Source of the DNA: Octopus vulgaris | Lineage: Eukaryota | Assembly: GCA_951406725.2 (NCBI GenBank) | Contig: OX597815.1 | Span: forward strand, 40,920,001 to 40,984,000 | DNA length: 64,000 nt | Direction of reading: 5' to 3' | Shown: one piece after another, positions 40,756 through 53,519 of the stretch | How positions within the stretch are numbered: position 1 is the first letter of the stretch | How the letters are laid out: each line of letters opens with the position of its first letter | Position numbers and translations under genes: made by a program | The notes under the pieces: generated by a model | Told to the model about the DNA's origin: nothing | The model's database searches: none | What the model saw: only the letters and a program-made list of their open reading frames with translations

Positions 40756-40985
40756 ATGTGTGTGTGTGTGTGTTTGTCCCCCACCACCACTGCCATCACT
40801 TGACAACCGATGTTGGTGTGTTTATATCCCAAAACTTAACGGTTCAGCAAAAGACACCGATAGAACAAGTACTAGGCTTACAAAGAATAAGTCCTGGTGT
40901 CAGTTTCTCTGACTAAAGGCGGTGTTCCAGCATGGCCACAGTCAAATGACTGAAACAAATTAAAGAAAATGAAAAAATAAAAGAA
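40575..40985 (+). mobile_element. tRNA-derived SINE (same family as 30056-30435)
   Basis: End-to-end similarity with 30056-30435, including the cagtcaaatgactg tail hairpin. Confidence 0.9.
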
Positions 40986-41374
40986 TATAAATATCAAAAA
41001 GCAGTTTTCAAATTTCCCTTTTTATTATGCAATAACTGTGCAAATAATATTTCCATAATTCTCAATTTTAATGTGTATTTTGACTAACATACAGCAACAA
41101 CCATAGATACATATTAATTATAAGAATGGAATAAACAGATGTGTTTCAAGAGGAACAGCTGGGATTTCATCTAACTGGTTATATGATATATATATATATA
41201 TATATATATATGATATATATATGATATATATTTATATATATATATATATATATACTGGTGTCTGGTGCAGCCATCTGGTTCGCCAGACCTCAGTCAAAAC
41301 GTCCAACCCATGCTAGCATGGAAAGCGGACGTTAAACGATGATGATATGTGTATATATATATACACACAAATAC

Positions 41375-42503
41375 ATATTTGAACTCTTTGAATGCACTTT
41401 CAGCATCAATTTGATTAATGAACTCCTTCTCTCGCAGAAAACCATCAAGGTGCTTGAAAAAGTGGTAGTTGGTAGGAAAAAGGTCTAGAGAATAAGCTGG
41501 GTGGGGAAGAACTTTGTAGTGAAGTTCCCTCAACTTCTGGAGCATCATTAGTGAAACATGTGGTCAAGCATTGTCATGAAGAATGATTGACCCTCTTCTG
41601 TTGACCAGTTCAGGACAGGAGTAGCAGTTTTTGTTCGTTTTGGCAATTTTATAGTAATATGTTTCTGCAGTAATGATTTTTCTGGGTTTTAAGAAGTTAT
41701 AGTGGATGAGTCCAGCAGTACACCAGCAAATAGTCACCATAACCTTCTTTCTGAAGAACTCAGATTTAGGGAAGGTTTTTCGGTGCTTCATTTTGGTCCA
41801 ACCACTGTGAAGAACGTTTTTTACTGTTGTACAGAATCCACTTTTTATCGTAAGTTACAATACAATCGAGAAATGGATTGGTCTGGTTACGGAGAAGAAG
41901 CGCCGAGCAAATTTCATATCTGTGCATTTTCTGATTTTCATTCAAATTGTGTGGTACCCATTTGTTGAGGATTTTTGATTTTCCAATCACATGCAAATGG
42001 AAGAAAGGAAGAACTTTTGGCTGACTTGAAGTTCTTTTGCCAGTTTTCAACTGGTTTTACATGGATCTTTCTCAATGACTGAGGTGGAAACATGCACAAT
42101 TTTGTAGAATTTTCTAATTCAAACAGACAAAAAAATGGAACATAATGATCCACATACAAAGTAACAGACAAGGAAAATTGTATTTGTTTACTGATTAATC
42201 TGTCATGTCTATTCAATATCAGGATTTTGATGAAAGCAGATGAAAAGTTGAAGAAGTATAATTCCTTAAAACTTTGTCAATGACAGATGGGCATCTATTA
42301 CACTCATGATCTTCAAAGCTCAGACCACCGCTGCAAAATCGTTTAAGCCATTTTCGAGCTGACCTCTCACTGGTCAATTTCTTACCAAACGTTCTGTTGA
42401 TACTGCAGGTAGTTTCAGCTACTTTATGTCCTTTTTTGAAGTTGAATAGCAAAATTATTTGAATATCGTGCTTTGAGTGTTCCATTTCAGATGATTGTAA
42501 CAA
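41375..42503 (-). mobile_element. Mariner transposase remnant, disrupted
   Basis: WVPHNL, IVTYDKKWILY, ILHDNA, HPAYSLDLFPTNYHFF and an N-terminal HTH region; multiple frameshifts. Confidence 0.92.
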
Positions 42504-42504
42504 C

Positions 42505-43530
42505 TAGGTCTTTATTGCCCACAGGGGACCAAACATAGAGGGGATGATACAAATGAGGGAATGGGGTCAATAAAACAAATGACTTTTAAAAATTTATATA
42601 AATCGGATGATAACAAACAAGAACATATACAATGAAGTGGGGTACGGGTTTAGCTTCGACCTTGCAAGCCCCAAGCCACTACTGTAGCCTTTTGTATAAC
42701 ATTATGGAAATACTATGTGGGTTCATTCATTCTCAACAAACTTGCTACAGCCTTCCATCTTTTTCCATCAGGTGACAAGCATTTTCTCTCCACCCTTATT
42801 TTCCTCTTAAGGTGGTAAGTGAGGAAATTAACCAAAGGATGGAGATGAAAATGCCTGTCATGATTCCTTTCACATGGGTCTTCCATACCACTTCTTTAAC
42901 TATAGTGACTACATCGAGAAAACAAGCCTTGCCTTCTTTGTTAAAAAAGGGAGGAGGAACAATCTTTACAATTGACTCGGAAGATAGTTGTACTCTCCCC
43001 AGCTGTGACAGCAGGTGTTCAGCATAAACCCACATTTCCGAAATTTGGGGGCATTGCACAATCTTGTGCAGAATGGTTTCCCTGTCCTGCTCGCATCTTG
43101 GGCACAAGGGTGAACAAGGGGCACCATGTCTGGCGAGTTTATTGTGAACTGGTAAGGCTCCTCAGTAAAACTGGCAGACCAGGGATCCTTGGAAGTTATC
43201 CAAGGGTCCTGGCCTGAATGTCCTTTGGAACAGGCTGGCTAGTTGACCATCATTGAAGCCTAGAGTCTCCCCCAGGATGTCATCGCACTGAGCCTCTACT
43301 AACCCTCTATAGGAAGCCGAGGTGGAACCCCTGCCACTGGTGTTGCCCGTATGACAGAGAAGCTTGAGTGCTTCATGACACTCTGCTTGCCAAGCACCCA
43401 GCTTTGGTCTACACTTGATCCAAAGTTCTAGTTCATTCAAACTAGTAAGCTCAAGAAGTATCGACTGAACAAACAGAGACCACACCTGTTTGCCATCCAA
43501 GTAGAGTCACAGATGCCTCAGCCTCAGTGC
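42505..43530 (-). mobile_element. L1/Tx1-clade LINE 3' fragment
   Basis: C-terminal CCHC knuckle CPRCEQDRETILHKIVQC followed by KEVVWKT; 3' end cccctgtgggcaataaag. Confidence 0.7.
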
Positions 43531-45228
43531 ATGTCTGTGCATCAATTCACACTGATTTTTATTTTCCCCAAATCAGAACTACTGATGCAAAAATAGATAA
43601 TGATTATGAGCCAGGCTATGTTGTAGGGAAGGACCAGAAGTCCTGTTGGAAGTGGGGCCTGTGGGTCCCACTGGAAGGGCTGTGGTGGGCATGCAAAGTC
43701 AGCAAGGCATGAGCAGTCAGTTGGCGGTGAACAGCGCATGAGAGCAGATGTGTTAGACGGTACAGCGGGACAGCGCATGTGGACGTTGAGTGAATCTTGT
43801 AGATCGAGACAGAACACATGGATGTTCAGAATGACCCTTTTCCAGACTGACAGGTAAGACTACTGCAATTCTTTCTTTGCTTCTGTCTTTTTCCTCCTTC
43901 ACAACAGAAGCTATTTCAGTTCAAAAAGGAAAAAAAAATGATGGGTTTGGTCCATGTTTCAAATGAGACAGGCCATTTTGCAGCAAGAGAGATGTCACTG
44001 CTTGACTGCAAAAAATTAAGTTGGTGGCAAAACTCCAAGGTATAGATGACCTAGTGAGTTTCATACCACTGTACCTCAATGTAGAAATGAGTTGCGACGT
44101 CACTGGTGCCAAGTTGTATCAGCCTTTGCCTTTCCCTTGGATAACATCGGTGGCATAGAGAGGGGAGGCTGGTATGTATGGGCGACTGCTGGTCTTCCAT
44201 AAACAACCTGGCCTGGACTTATGCCTCAGAGGGTAACTTTCTAGGTACAATCTCATGGTCATTCATAACCGAAGGGGGTCTCTGACCTCGGATTGGTGTT
44301 GGCACCTTACCTGGAAATAGAGGAGAAGGACCAGTTAAGCCAGAGAAAATAGAAAGCCGGCTGATGGAGGCTTTTATAGAAGGGCCATTTATGGCATATG
44401 GTCGATTGGGGAAAGCAAAGTGGACAGGTGAACAGATCGATGTATAGCGTACGCATGAGGGAAATTCCTCTCTCTCTGTTATATATACATAAATATATGG
44501 ACATAGTAGGTAACAGCTAGCTTTTGGCCGCCCTTTTGGACCCTGATGTGTCCACTACTCTGATTAGTTGGTATTAGTGTAATTTGTCTCTTGCTCTATT
44601 GTGCACCAATATGCAACCCAACCAATCGCAGCCTTCAAATAAAGTCATGTGAGACAGTCTCTTCTAAACCTCCGATGAGGTGACTGCTCCCTATAAAACT
44701 CTAGCTTCACATCGAGTTGATGTCTTTTGGTTCAAAATCTTTTAAGGTCTAGCCACTGACCACACAGGACACAGCCAGTTCCAGTGACAACACCACAGCA
44801 GCCACATAGAGACTGATCAACTTCATCCAGCAGCATTCAGCGACCTCCATCTCTGTTGCCACCATTCATCCTAACGTCAACATCATCTCTCTACGTACAC
44901 AGCAACCAGCAACACTCACACAGGTTCCAACACAACACTGTTTGTGAACCGCATGACCATGGTTAGCAGCAAATACAACCTGCGAGAACTTCCTGTACCA
45001 AGTGACCAGCAGCAGCATCGTAGCCACAACTTCTTGATACAGCATTTCAACTATTGTGTACTTTGACTATGAACTGGTATTTATCATCCTTGTGTCTGAA
45101 CATTCTTCAAATGTCATATTATAGACTCTTTCAATGCTCTTGACATAACACACGTGCATACAGCCATGCCTATGCACACACACACTTTGTTCTCAATATG
45201 GTCTGTCTATTATTATTAACCCTAACCC

Positions 45229-46620
45229 TTACCAATTTGGAATATTCAGCACAATAACAACTTGAAATCGCTCCACCATGTTATCATACAATGATTGTAA
45301 ATAGTTGCAATATGTAGTTAAATCTTCATCAACCAATTCATCTTTCAAAGAATCAAGTTGTGGAAATTGATGGAATTGACGTTTTGAAATGTTAGTCTTA
45401 TACAACACCAATTTCAAAATGAAGGTAGTGATAAACGGTTTACAATCAACGAGAATTTTTCTGTTTCCTTGAAATATTCAAATCATTTAATTTTGTGGAT
45501 ATATCACAAAAGAAAAAAGATATCACACCTTGCAGCCATCAATGAAGTGGATAGTGGAGTATCTTCAAAGAAAGAGATGATTTTATGAAACAGTTCAACA
45601 AAGCATAAAACAGAGTTTCCTTTTGACAGCCACCACACTTTGGTATGGTATAAGAGTTTAGTATAGTCCTCATCATTTCTCAGAGTTGATGGAAAATTCA
45701 ATCAGACAAGGGACTGGACTTCAATTTGTTCACAGTCATGATAACTAACTGTAGTGCATCATTCAATCTACTATTCATATTTTTTGCCACTAAATGCTGC
45801 CGGTGTGCCAAGCAATGAACAGTTAGTATCTGGTGGGAAATTTTGTGCTTTAGGAGAGATGAAAATCCTATCATTGAAGGGACTCCATCAGATGCACAGG
45901 CAAGAATATTGCTGAGTGGGATATTATGTTTAAAAAGAAAAGACTTGAGAGTGTGAAAATAATTGCACCTTTTGAATCAAGCAGCAATTTCTCTGTGAAC
46001 AGCATTTTCTCACAAGGTTGAAGGTCTTCGCTGAAATAACGAATATATACCATCATCAAGCATTAATTGTCCACAACAGTTGACTCATCCACTTGTATAG
46101 AAAATTCAGAACACTGGAGAATATTAATGAGCTGATGTTTGACTTCGTTGGCCATTTCATCCATGCTTCAAGAAATTGTGTTATTACTAAATGGGATCTT
46201 CATAATGTTATCGGGTTTTTCGTGCATAACAGTTGACAAAACCTCTTCAATAACTGGGTGAAGTAATGTTTCTCCAATTGTGTGAGACTTCCCAGACTTA
46301 GCAGCAAGCAATGCAATGTTGTTCGATGCAATCATCCTATCATTCTCCTGTTTACTAGTTTCCTGGAGTAGAGTGTTGAATGTTTGTATTTGCTTTTTGA
46401 AAGAGGAGCTCAGTAGCAAAAAGTATGACGATGGCTTGTCCATCTTGTCAGAATGCTCTGCACCAAAGTGATACTTCAAGCGTGAAGGTTTCATTGTTCA
46501 ATGTTTGATGGCAAATAAGGCACATTGGTAACTGACAGTTCTGAGGAGAGCGAATAAATCCAAACGATAAATAATCACAATTGTACTGTTGACAAATTTT
46601 CTTGACTGGAGGCATCAGTA
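45229..46620 (-). mobile_element. hAT (Buster/Charlie, SCAND3/ZBED5-like) transposase remnant
   Basis: YLSFGFI..PMCLIC, MKPSRLK, KSHTIGETLL, FSIQVDEST, CTDG, HCLAHRQHL, LLYHTKVWWLSKG across frameshifts. Confidence 0.9.
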
Positions 46621-47672
46621 AAATAAAAATGTGAAAACGAATTTCTACAGGCAGCGTCAGAAAGGTAGTGTGGTATTCCCAATGAGAAGAAACCAATATA
46701 CGTCTCTACTAGAGCAAATACAGATCTAGTTCGTTTGACTTCCAGCATTTCAAAAATTAGAGTTTATCAAAAATTTTTAAATTAGGCACATTAATATAGC
46801 TTTCCAAGCTAAACTGCTGGAGTTATTCAACTTTTTGCTGGAGTTATTCAACTTTTTCCAGAAAAATGTTTTTAAAAAGTTATAGAGGTTTAAAGTTTGA
46901 TCATGTTCTTCCAGTCAAGAAACACGATTTCAAAGCTGTCCTTTAGTGTGTGACTGCACATTTTGACAACATCCTGAAAATAGCACTTGTGTTTTGATAT
47001 GAAACCACAGAATTATGCATGACCTGTAATCCCTCATAACTTTTTTATTTTTCAGAGTTTCCAGAAAATTTTTATGAATTTGAATTCTATACATGGAACT
47101 TCATGTAATTATGCCAAAATAAAAAAAAATTGTGGTAGAGTGTAATTTAAGGCTTAGGCCTATTTGGCTGCTATTTTTAGCACACATGACAACCATCTCA
47201 ATGACTGTGACAAAAATATTTGTTAAACAAGTCTGCTTTTTTAATACAAACCGACGTCTCATGCGAGTAGTCAAATCAATGTAAGTGCATCCTTATTCTA
47301 GGCATGCGTAGATACAAGTAAATGCAGACTTAACTTCTAAAAATTTATTGTCATCCACAGAATGTTCATATTGCTTACCATTTTCTAGAAATTAGCCCAT
47401 CGCCCACTTTGGGAAGCTAATTAATCTGTCAAATGTAATACCTATTTGCTCACGTTATTTTGAATTATTCAGGTTCACAATATTTGCTTGTAACTTTGTA
47501 ACGTTTTTACATACAGATTTGAAATTTCGTCTGTTGGTGCTTTATATACTGATTTACTGTTATGTAACTTTAGCTGATCTTGCTGTGTAAATTTGACTTT
47601 TATGGGCAAGTAAATTCAATTAACAGGTGTTAAAGCATTAACATTATGGCTAAATACTAAAATTGAAATTCT

Positions 47673-48416
47673 GGATTTTTACCTTTTGACTGACAGATTT
47701 AAACAATAATTTTTTGTAACTAAACACTTTCAAACTTCGTATACTTGTAGAATGTGTCACATAAAACGTCTTTTACTCTTGGCATTGTTGAGAAAATTCT
47801 TAATTTTGGAAGTTATTTCTTGTTTAAGTTGTATTTCAGTAATTTCAACCAATCAATGACATATATTCAGCTGAATAAAATTACTGCTGTTGTTTGTCAA
47901 CAACAGCTTCCGGCAGAGTATATTTCGTTTGTCACTGTTATTTACGACATATTTCATCTCAATTACGTTTGTATGAATAAACAAGTGTATCAGAAGCATG
48001 TTTACTTCATGGCACCACCATAATCGTTTGTGTTTCATTTTCCCTTTTTTTCTGTAACTCTAACCCTAAAACCTTAACCCTGACCATAACCCTAACCCGA
48101 AAACCTTAAAGCTAAAACCAGTACAAATGCATGAACGATGTCATAAATAACAGTGACAAACGAAATATACACCGCCGATAGTTGTTGTTGACAAACAATG
48201 GCAGTAATTTTATTCAGCTGAATACACGTCATTGATTGGTTGAAATTACTGAAATACGACAACTTTAACAAGAAATAACTTCCAAAATACAGAATTTTCT
48301 CAACAATGCCAAGAGTAAAAGATTTTTTATGCGACACATTCTACAAGTATACAAAGTTTGAAAATGTTTAGTTACAAAAAATTATTGTTTAAATCTATCT
48401 CGAAAGGTAAAGATCC
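47673..48416. mobile_element. GGAT(C/T)TTT-terminated MITE with about 285-bp TIRs and central degenerate (CCCTAA)n
   Basis: 47673-47957 mirrored by 48130-48416; 8-bp TSD GAAATTCT/AAAATTCT (one mismatch). Confidence 0.88.
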
Positions 48417-49559
48417 AAAATTCTTAATGCATCTTACCTGTTTGATTTGCCACTAAAATTATCCCAGACGGCAACCAACAAAACTTTTGCCACTTTTCAA
48501 GATGAGGTACATTAGCTTGAATTAATTAAAATACAGGTATACTCAGTACAAGATTTTATTCTTTCGGTAAATATTTTGTACCTTGATGTGGAATAATTTT
48601 TCTCCAGTTTTTTCAGATGCATTCAATGTATCTGACCTCCATACCCACTGCAAGCCACTTTTTTCCAGAAAAGAAAGGGAGTTTTGTTGTGTAGGTTTTT
48701 TTTTCATTTCCAGGTTATTTTGTATGCTTTCAATGAATCTGACATCGAAATCATGCATAAATGGTTTGTTTTTCTTGAAAAGGAAAGATTTGGCTGCTAT
48801 TTCTAGCATGCCCTGCTACCACATAATAATTATTTGTGTTCACACTGAAATATTTACCAACTTCTTTCTTTCCATTTATTTTTTCCATTTTACGGAAAAC
48901 AATATTTTCTCAAGCAATAATAAATCTCTGAACGAGATGTAAACAGTAACTGCTCGACAACGTAAAGTATAATAGCCATCTCAATATGGCTAACCATTAA
49001 GGGTGGTTATTACTGTAGCTTTTGTCCCAGGAGATCATTGTCTCCAGCTTGCTTTAGGCACACTTTCTGTGCCAGTTGACATCTACCTTAGTAAATTTTG
49101 TTTTTCTCTCAGTTCTGTGCTTTCTGGAAGAAAAGCCCTCACATTATCTCAAAGCTACAAGAATTCACTATTGTGATTTTCTTATCTCTTAAAAAGATTT
49201 CATGGAGGAATTAGATTCAAAGGGTTTTGGTTGGTTTAAACACTAAATTGTCAAAAAGTGCCAAAACTATAAAATCAGCTTTTTTGGCTCTTTTGAGGTC
49301 TTTAGAATCCCAAAACTATAGTCTTTTTTTTTGCTTAGAGTTAAAAAATGCTGATTTTATAGTTTTAAATTTCAAAGGGCCTAAAAAAGGCTGATTTCAT
49401 AGTTTTTGCCCTCTTTTAGGTCTTTAAAGGCCAGAGGAGGATAAAAAAAACTAAAAATATAAAAATAAAAAACTATGAAAAACACGATATGTACATAATT
49501 TAATTTTTCCTCTTCTTCACCTTGGTTTTGTTGATGAGATTCATGTTGCCCTTCATGAA

Positions 49560-51110
49560 AATTAACATTCTAGGATGATCAGTTGGCACTGCTCCTGAAT
49601 TTATTGCTTCAATAACATTTCTTAAATTCAACCTTTAACTGTAATATTTTTCTGATTTCATTTCTTCATATTTTATGTTATCTGCTTCCAGTATTCCCAA
49701 ATATTTATGTTACTGTTGTTTCTTAAATGATTTCATTATCAAAATAGTGTATTTTTCAAGCCTGAATTCCATTTCTACATTATTTGAGAAAATGTGAACA
49801 GTATGTACAAGACTTTTATAGCTGTTTCTCATTTTTCACACAAAGCTTTAAATCATCCATAAACAGATGATTTATCTGATGAAACCCTTTTCCCAGATCA
49901 TAAGCCATATCTTTTTGTAACATCAGACTGAGCAGTATCATGGCTAATACAAATAGTAATGGAGATAAGCTCTCAGCCTGGAATACACCATGTCTGATGT
50001 TCATCTTTGCAACTTTTTGTTTTCCTCCAATCAAGTTAGTGGTCCAATGTTTTATACCTTAATTGCCCAGTTTCTTCATGTTTTCTGCCACTCCAAACAT
50101 GCTTATTGTTTTACTTATCCAACTGTGTGACATCATGTTACATTCTTTTTATAATCCAATCATGCTGGATTATTCAATCCCATTAATCTCCATCTGCAAT
50201 TTCTGAATATCCCTTTATCAGCAAACAAGTGATCATTAGTAACTTTATTTCATTCCTGCACCCCGTCTCTTCCACTCAAAGTATATTGTTTTCCAAATAA
50301 TGATAGAACTTTTCTGCCATGATACCAGTCATAAACTTCCAAGTTGTAGGTTGAACATTTGACACCAATTTACCTTTCAAAGAAGCCTTAATATACAACA
50401 CTTGTCATCGAAGTAGGAATGTGTCTCTGCTGCAATCCTTTCATGCAACTGTATAAAATTCTTCAGCCAAATAACCTTGTCCTCTATCCAGACCAGGTCC
50501 TTTCCAATTTAGAGTTTTTTTCAGCATTAGTCTCACTGAATACAGATCATTTTTGCCTTCCTTTCATTTTGGCACACCAGCATGTTGTCTTTTCACCTGT
50601 GTTAATCACTCTACACTTCTGTTATATCTAACTGTATGTTCCCAAACATGCAATTTCTTCTACATCAGGAATCACTTTTGGATGTTGTTCTCCTATTTCC
50701 TCAAAAATCCATCTTCCATTAGATTGAAACAATATATTCTGATTAAAACCTTTACATCTAGCATCATGAGTTTTCAATTTGACTTTTAATGGCACCACCA
50801 AGAATTTTGTGACAATACTTTATGTCCTTTAACCAGCACTGTTCAATCAATTTTCTGATTAATGCTTCATTATTGAGTTCGCCTTTCATTGTCCTATTTA
50901 ATTGTACAGATTTTTGCCTCCAATTTGGTAGTTTCTTTTCTTTCAACTGTCTTCCATTTGTATTCTATCATGTCAGCTACAACATTAGCTGTGGCTATGA
51001 TTAACTGGTTTGTTTCACTGATGTTCTCTGTTTCAACCAAACTCAAAATGCCATTTACTTTGCCTGTGGCTCTCCTTACTTTTCTTCTGCCTATATACTA
51101 GTTAGCATTC
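49560..51110 (-). mobile_element. Highly degenerate R4/Dong-like RT fragment
   Basis: IRHGVFQAESLSPLLFVLAM...QINHLFMDDLKL; boundaries approximate. Confidence 0.7.
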
Positions 51111-51210
51111 CATCATTTTTCTCATTTTTCACACATATATTAGAGATATAATATTTTGAAATAGAACCTGAATATGTTTTGGAACAATTGTAAATCTGAC
51201 GATTGCATAT

Positions 51211-51607
51211 ACTCTTTTTTTACTCTTTTTACTTGTTTCAGTCAGTTGACTGCGGCCAGGCTGGAGCACCGCCTTTAGTCGAGCAACTCGACCCCGGGAC
51301 TTATTCATTGTAAGCCCAGTACTTATTTTATCGGTCTCTTTTGCCGAACCGAACCGCTAATTGACGGGGACATAAACACACCAGCATCGGTTGTCAAGCA
51401 ATGCGAGGAGGACAAACACAGACACACAAACACACACACATATATATATATATACATATATACGACAGGCTTCTTTCAGTTTCCGTCTACCAAATCCACT
51501 CACAAGGCTTTGGTCGGCCCGAGGCTATAGTAGAAGACACTTGCCCAAGGTGCCACGCAGTGGGACTGAACCCGGAACCATGTGGTTGGTAAGCAAGCTA
51601 CTTACCA
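51211..51607 (-). mobile_element. tRNA-derived SINE (30056 family) inserted into a hammerhead-bearing repeat
   Basis: Reverse complement of the 30056 family; flanked by CATAT on both sides; uninterrupted site visible at 55531-55550. Confidence 0.9.
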
Positions 51608-53519
51608 CATATGTATTTATATATGTATATACATAGGTATACAGTTGTGTATATGTATATATATTGTAATCTTCCAATACTGAAACACACGTATGTAGTT
51701 CCTTCATATTTAATAAATATAAGTATTAACTAAAGTATGATATAATTAACGAAGTATATTATATACCCAGCTGGTAATTTTGGTTATATTCTTAAAGTAT
51801 TATTTCGTGATGTGTAAACTGATACAGCATTTCTAGAATCTCCAAATCTTGTCCAACATTTGTTACTCATCCAGTTTCATCTGCTTCACTATTTACTTCA
51901 CTAGCATTCTCAGGCACATAGTGTTTTTCTTCATTTCTTACTGTTGCTTCACACCCTTCCTGTTCATTTTCTATTCTTCTCAGAATTACTTCAAATTCTG
52001 TAATTGAATACAAGTTGCCCTTGCCTGGTCTATCAATAATTGGGCAGATTGATCATGACTACTGAATTTGACATTTTCACTCATTTTGAGGCAGTATTTA
52101 TGAGATCTTCGCCATCACTGCTTGGTCCAATGCTTAATCATCATCATTATTATTCTGCTCTTCACCAATTCACTCTCTTTTTGCACTGTCACTCAACTGC
52201 TCTCTCCTACCTCCAACTTGTGTATTATTTGTTACTCTTCAACCCTATCCTAACAAACCATCAAACACATGCCCATGCCAGTACGAAACTTAAATGATAA
52301 ACAATGACACACACACACACATGTAAAATATGTATTTTTAATGAAAGCTTCAAAAATTTCATTGAGAGTAAGCTATACTAAATGCTAAAAGGAAAATAAG
52401 CACAAACTGATCACTAAAACATGATTTTCTTGTTTTGTAAAATGTATTTGTTTTTCAGTAAAACATTTTTGTGTGAAAACAACCCCTGCATCTTAAAATT
52501 TAACATCATCATCATCATCATCATTTAATGCCCATTTTCCAAACTGACATGAGACAGATGGTTTGATAGGATCAGATGAGCTGCAAGCCTACACTAAGTT
52601 CCAGTATCAATTTTGGCATGTTTTCTATGGCTGGATGCCCTTCCTAATGCCAACCACTTTGCAGTAAATGCTGGATGCTTTTTTTCTTGAAACTGGCACT
52701 AACTAATGAAGCTACCAAAATCCATAAAAGAGGAAAAACCTCCGAGATTGAGAGGGATTATATTTGAGAGAGTAGTGGGAGTGGTTTTATGCTAGATGTT
52801 GAAAAGCTAGAGATTGATAGAGGGACAAGCACAGATAGCTTACTATGCAGATAATAAATGGTTACCCTGCATTGTATAGGGGTGTGTGAAGTAACTGGAA
52901 AGAAAATAAAGATGTTGGTGATGAGGTTGACAATGCATAGCCACATGGTACAAAAAGGTGAGTATAAAATAAAATATGGATTGAGGATTAGGGGAGAAGG
53001 AGAATGTACATATTTTCATAAGAGTATAAGAGAAGAGTGACAGATGGTCAGAGATAGTGGTAAAGGTGAATGTAGTGAGCGATAAACAAAGGTGGTGTTG
53101 TGGTTGATGATAAATAATAGGGTGGAGATGGACGGGTGCATGGAAAGAAAGATGAGAGAGATTGAAGTGGTTGAGGAAGGAGATAGTAACAAGTGACAGA
53201 CAGCACAAGTAGGGAAGAGAGGAGTAATACAAACCTGTACATATGTGTATATAAATATAAAAACATTTATCTTGTATGTAAAGGAAAGAACTTTCTTTAG
53301 TGTACAAAATCATGAAATATATAGAAACATGCAAAGTGTGTGTGTGTATTAGGCTGAGTGAAAAGTAAGCAACGTTTTGAAACACGAAATTCATCACAAT
53401 ATATTGCAACAATGCAGAAATTTTATTCATCAAAGCAAGTACCATTACAATCAACACATATTTGCCAACAAGGTACAAGTTTGTTTATTCCGTTAACATA
53501 AAAATCTGGAGTTCTGGAG

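Noticed and set aside
42072-42284. tcaatgac on both sides of the 195-bp insert as a TSD
   Set aside because: Both copies correspond to native mariner codons seen in the second mariner, so this is not a duplication.
44380-45110. Possible solo LTR with TATA-like ctataaaa
   Set aside because: Could not identify TG...CA ends, a TSD or a second copy.
52843-53478. 211-aa hydrophobic ORF (also 13139-13614, 14357-15083, 57339-57806)
   Set aside because: Products of purine/pyrimidine-skewed or dinucleotide low-complexity DNA with no domain motifs.
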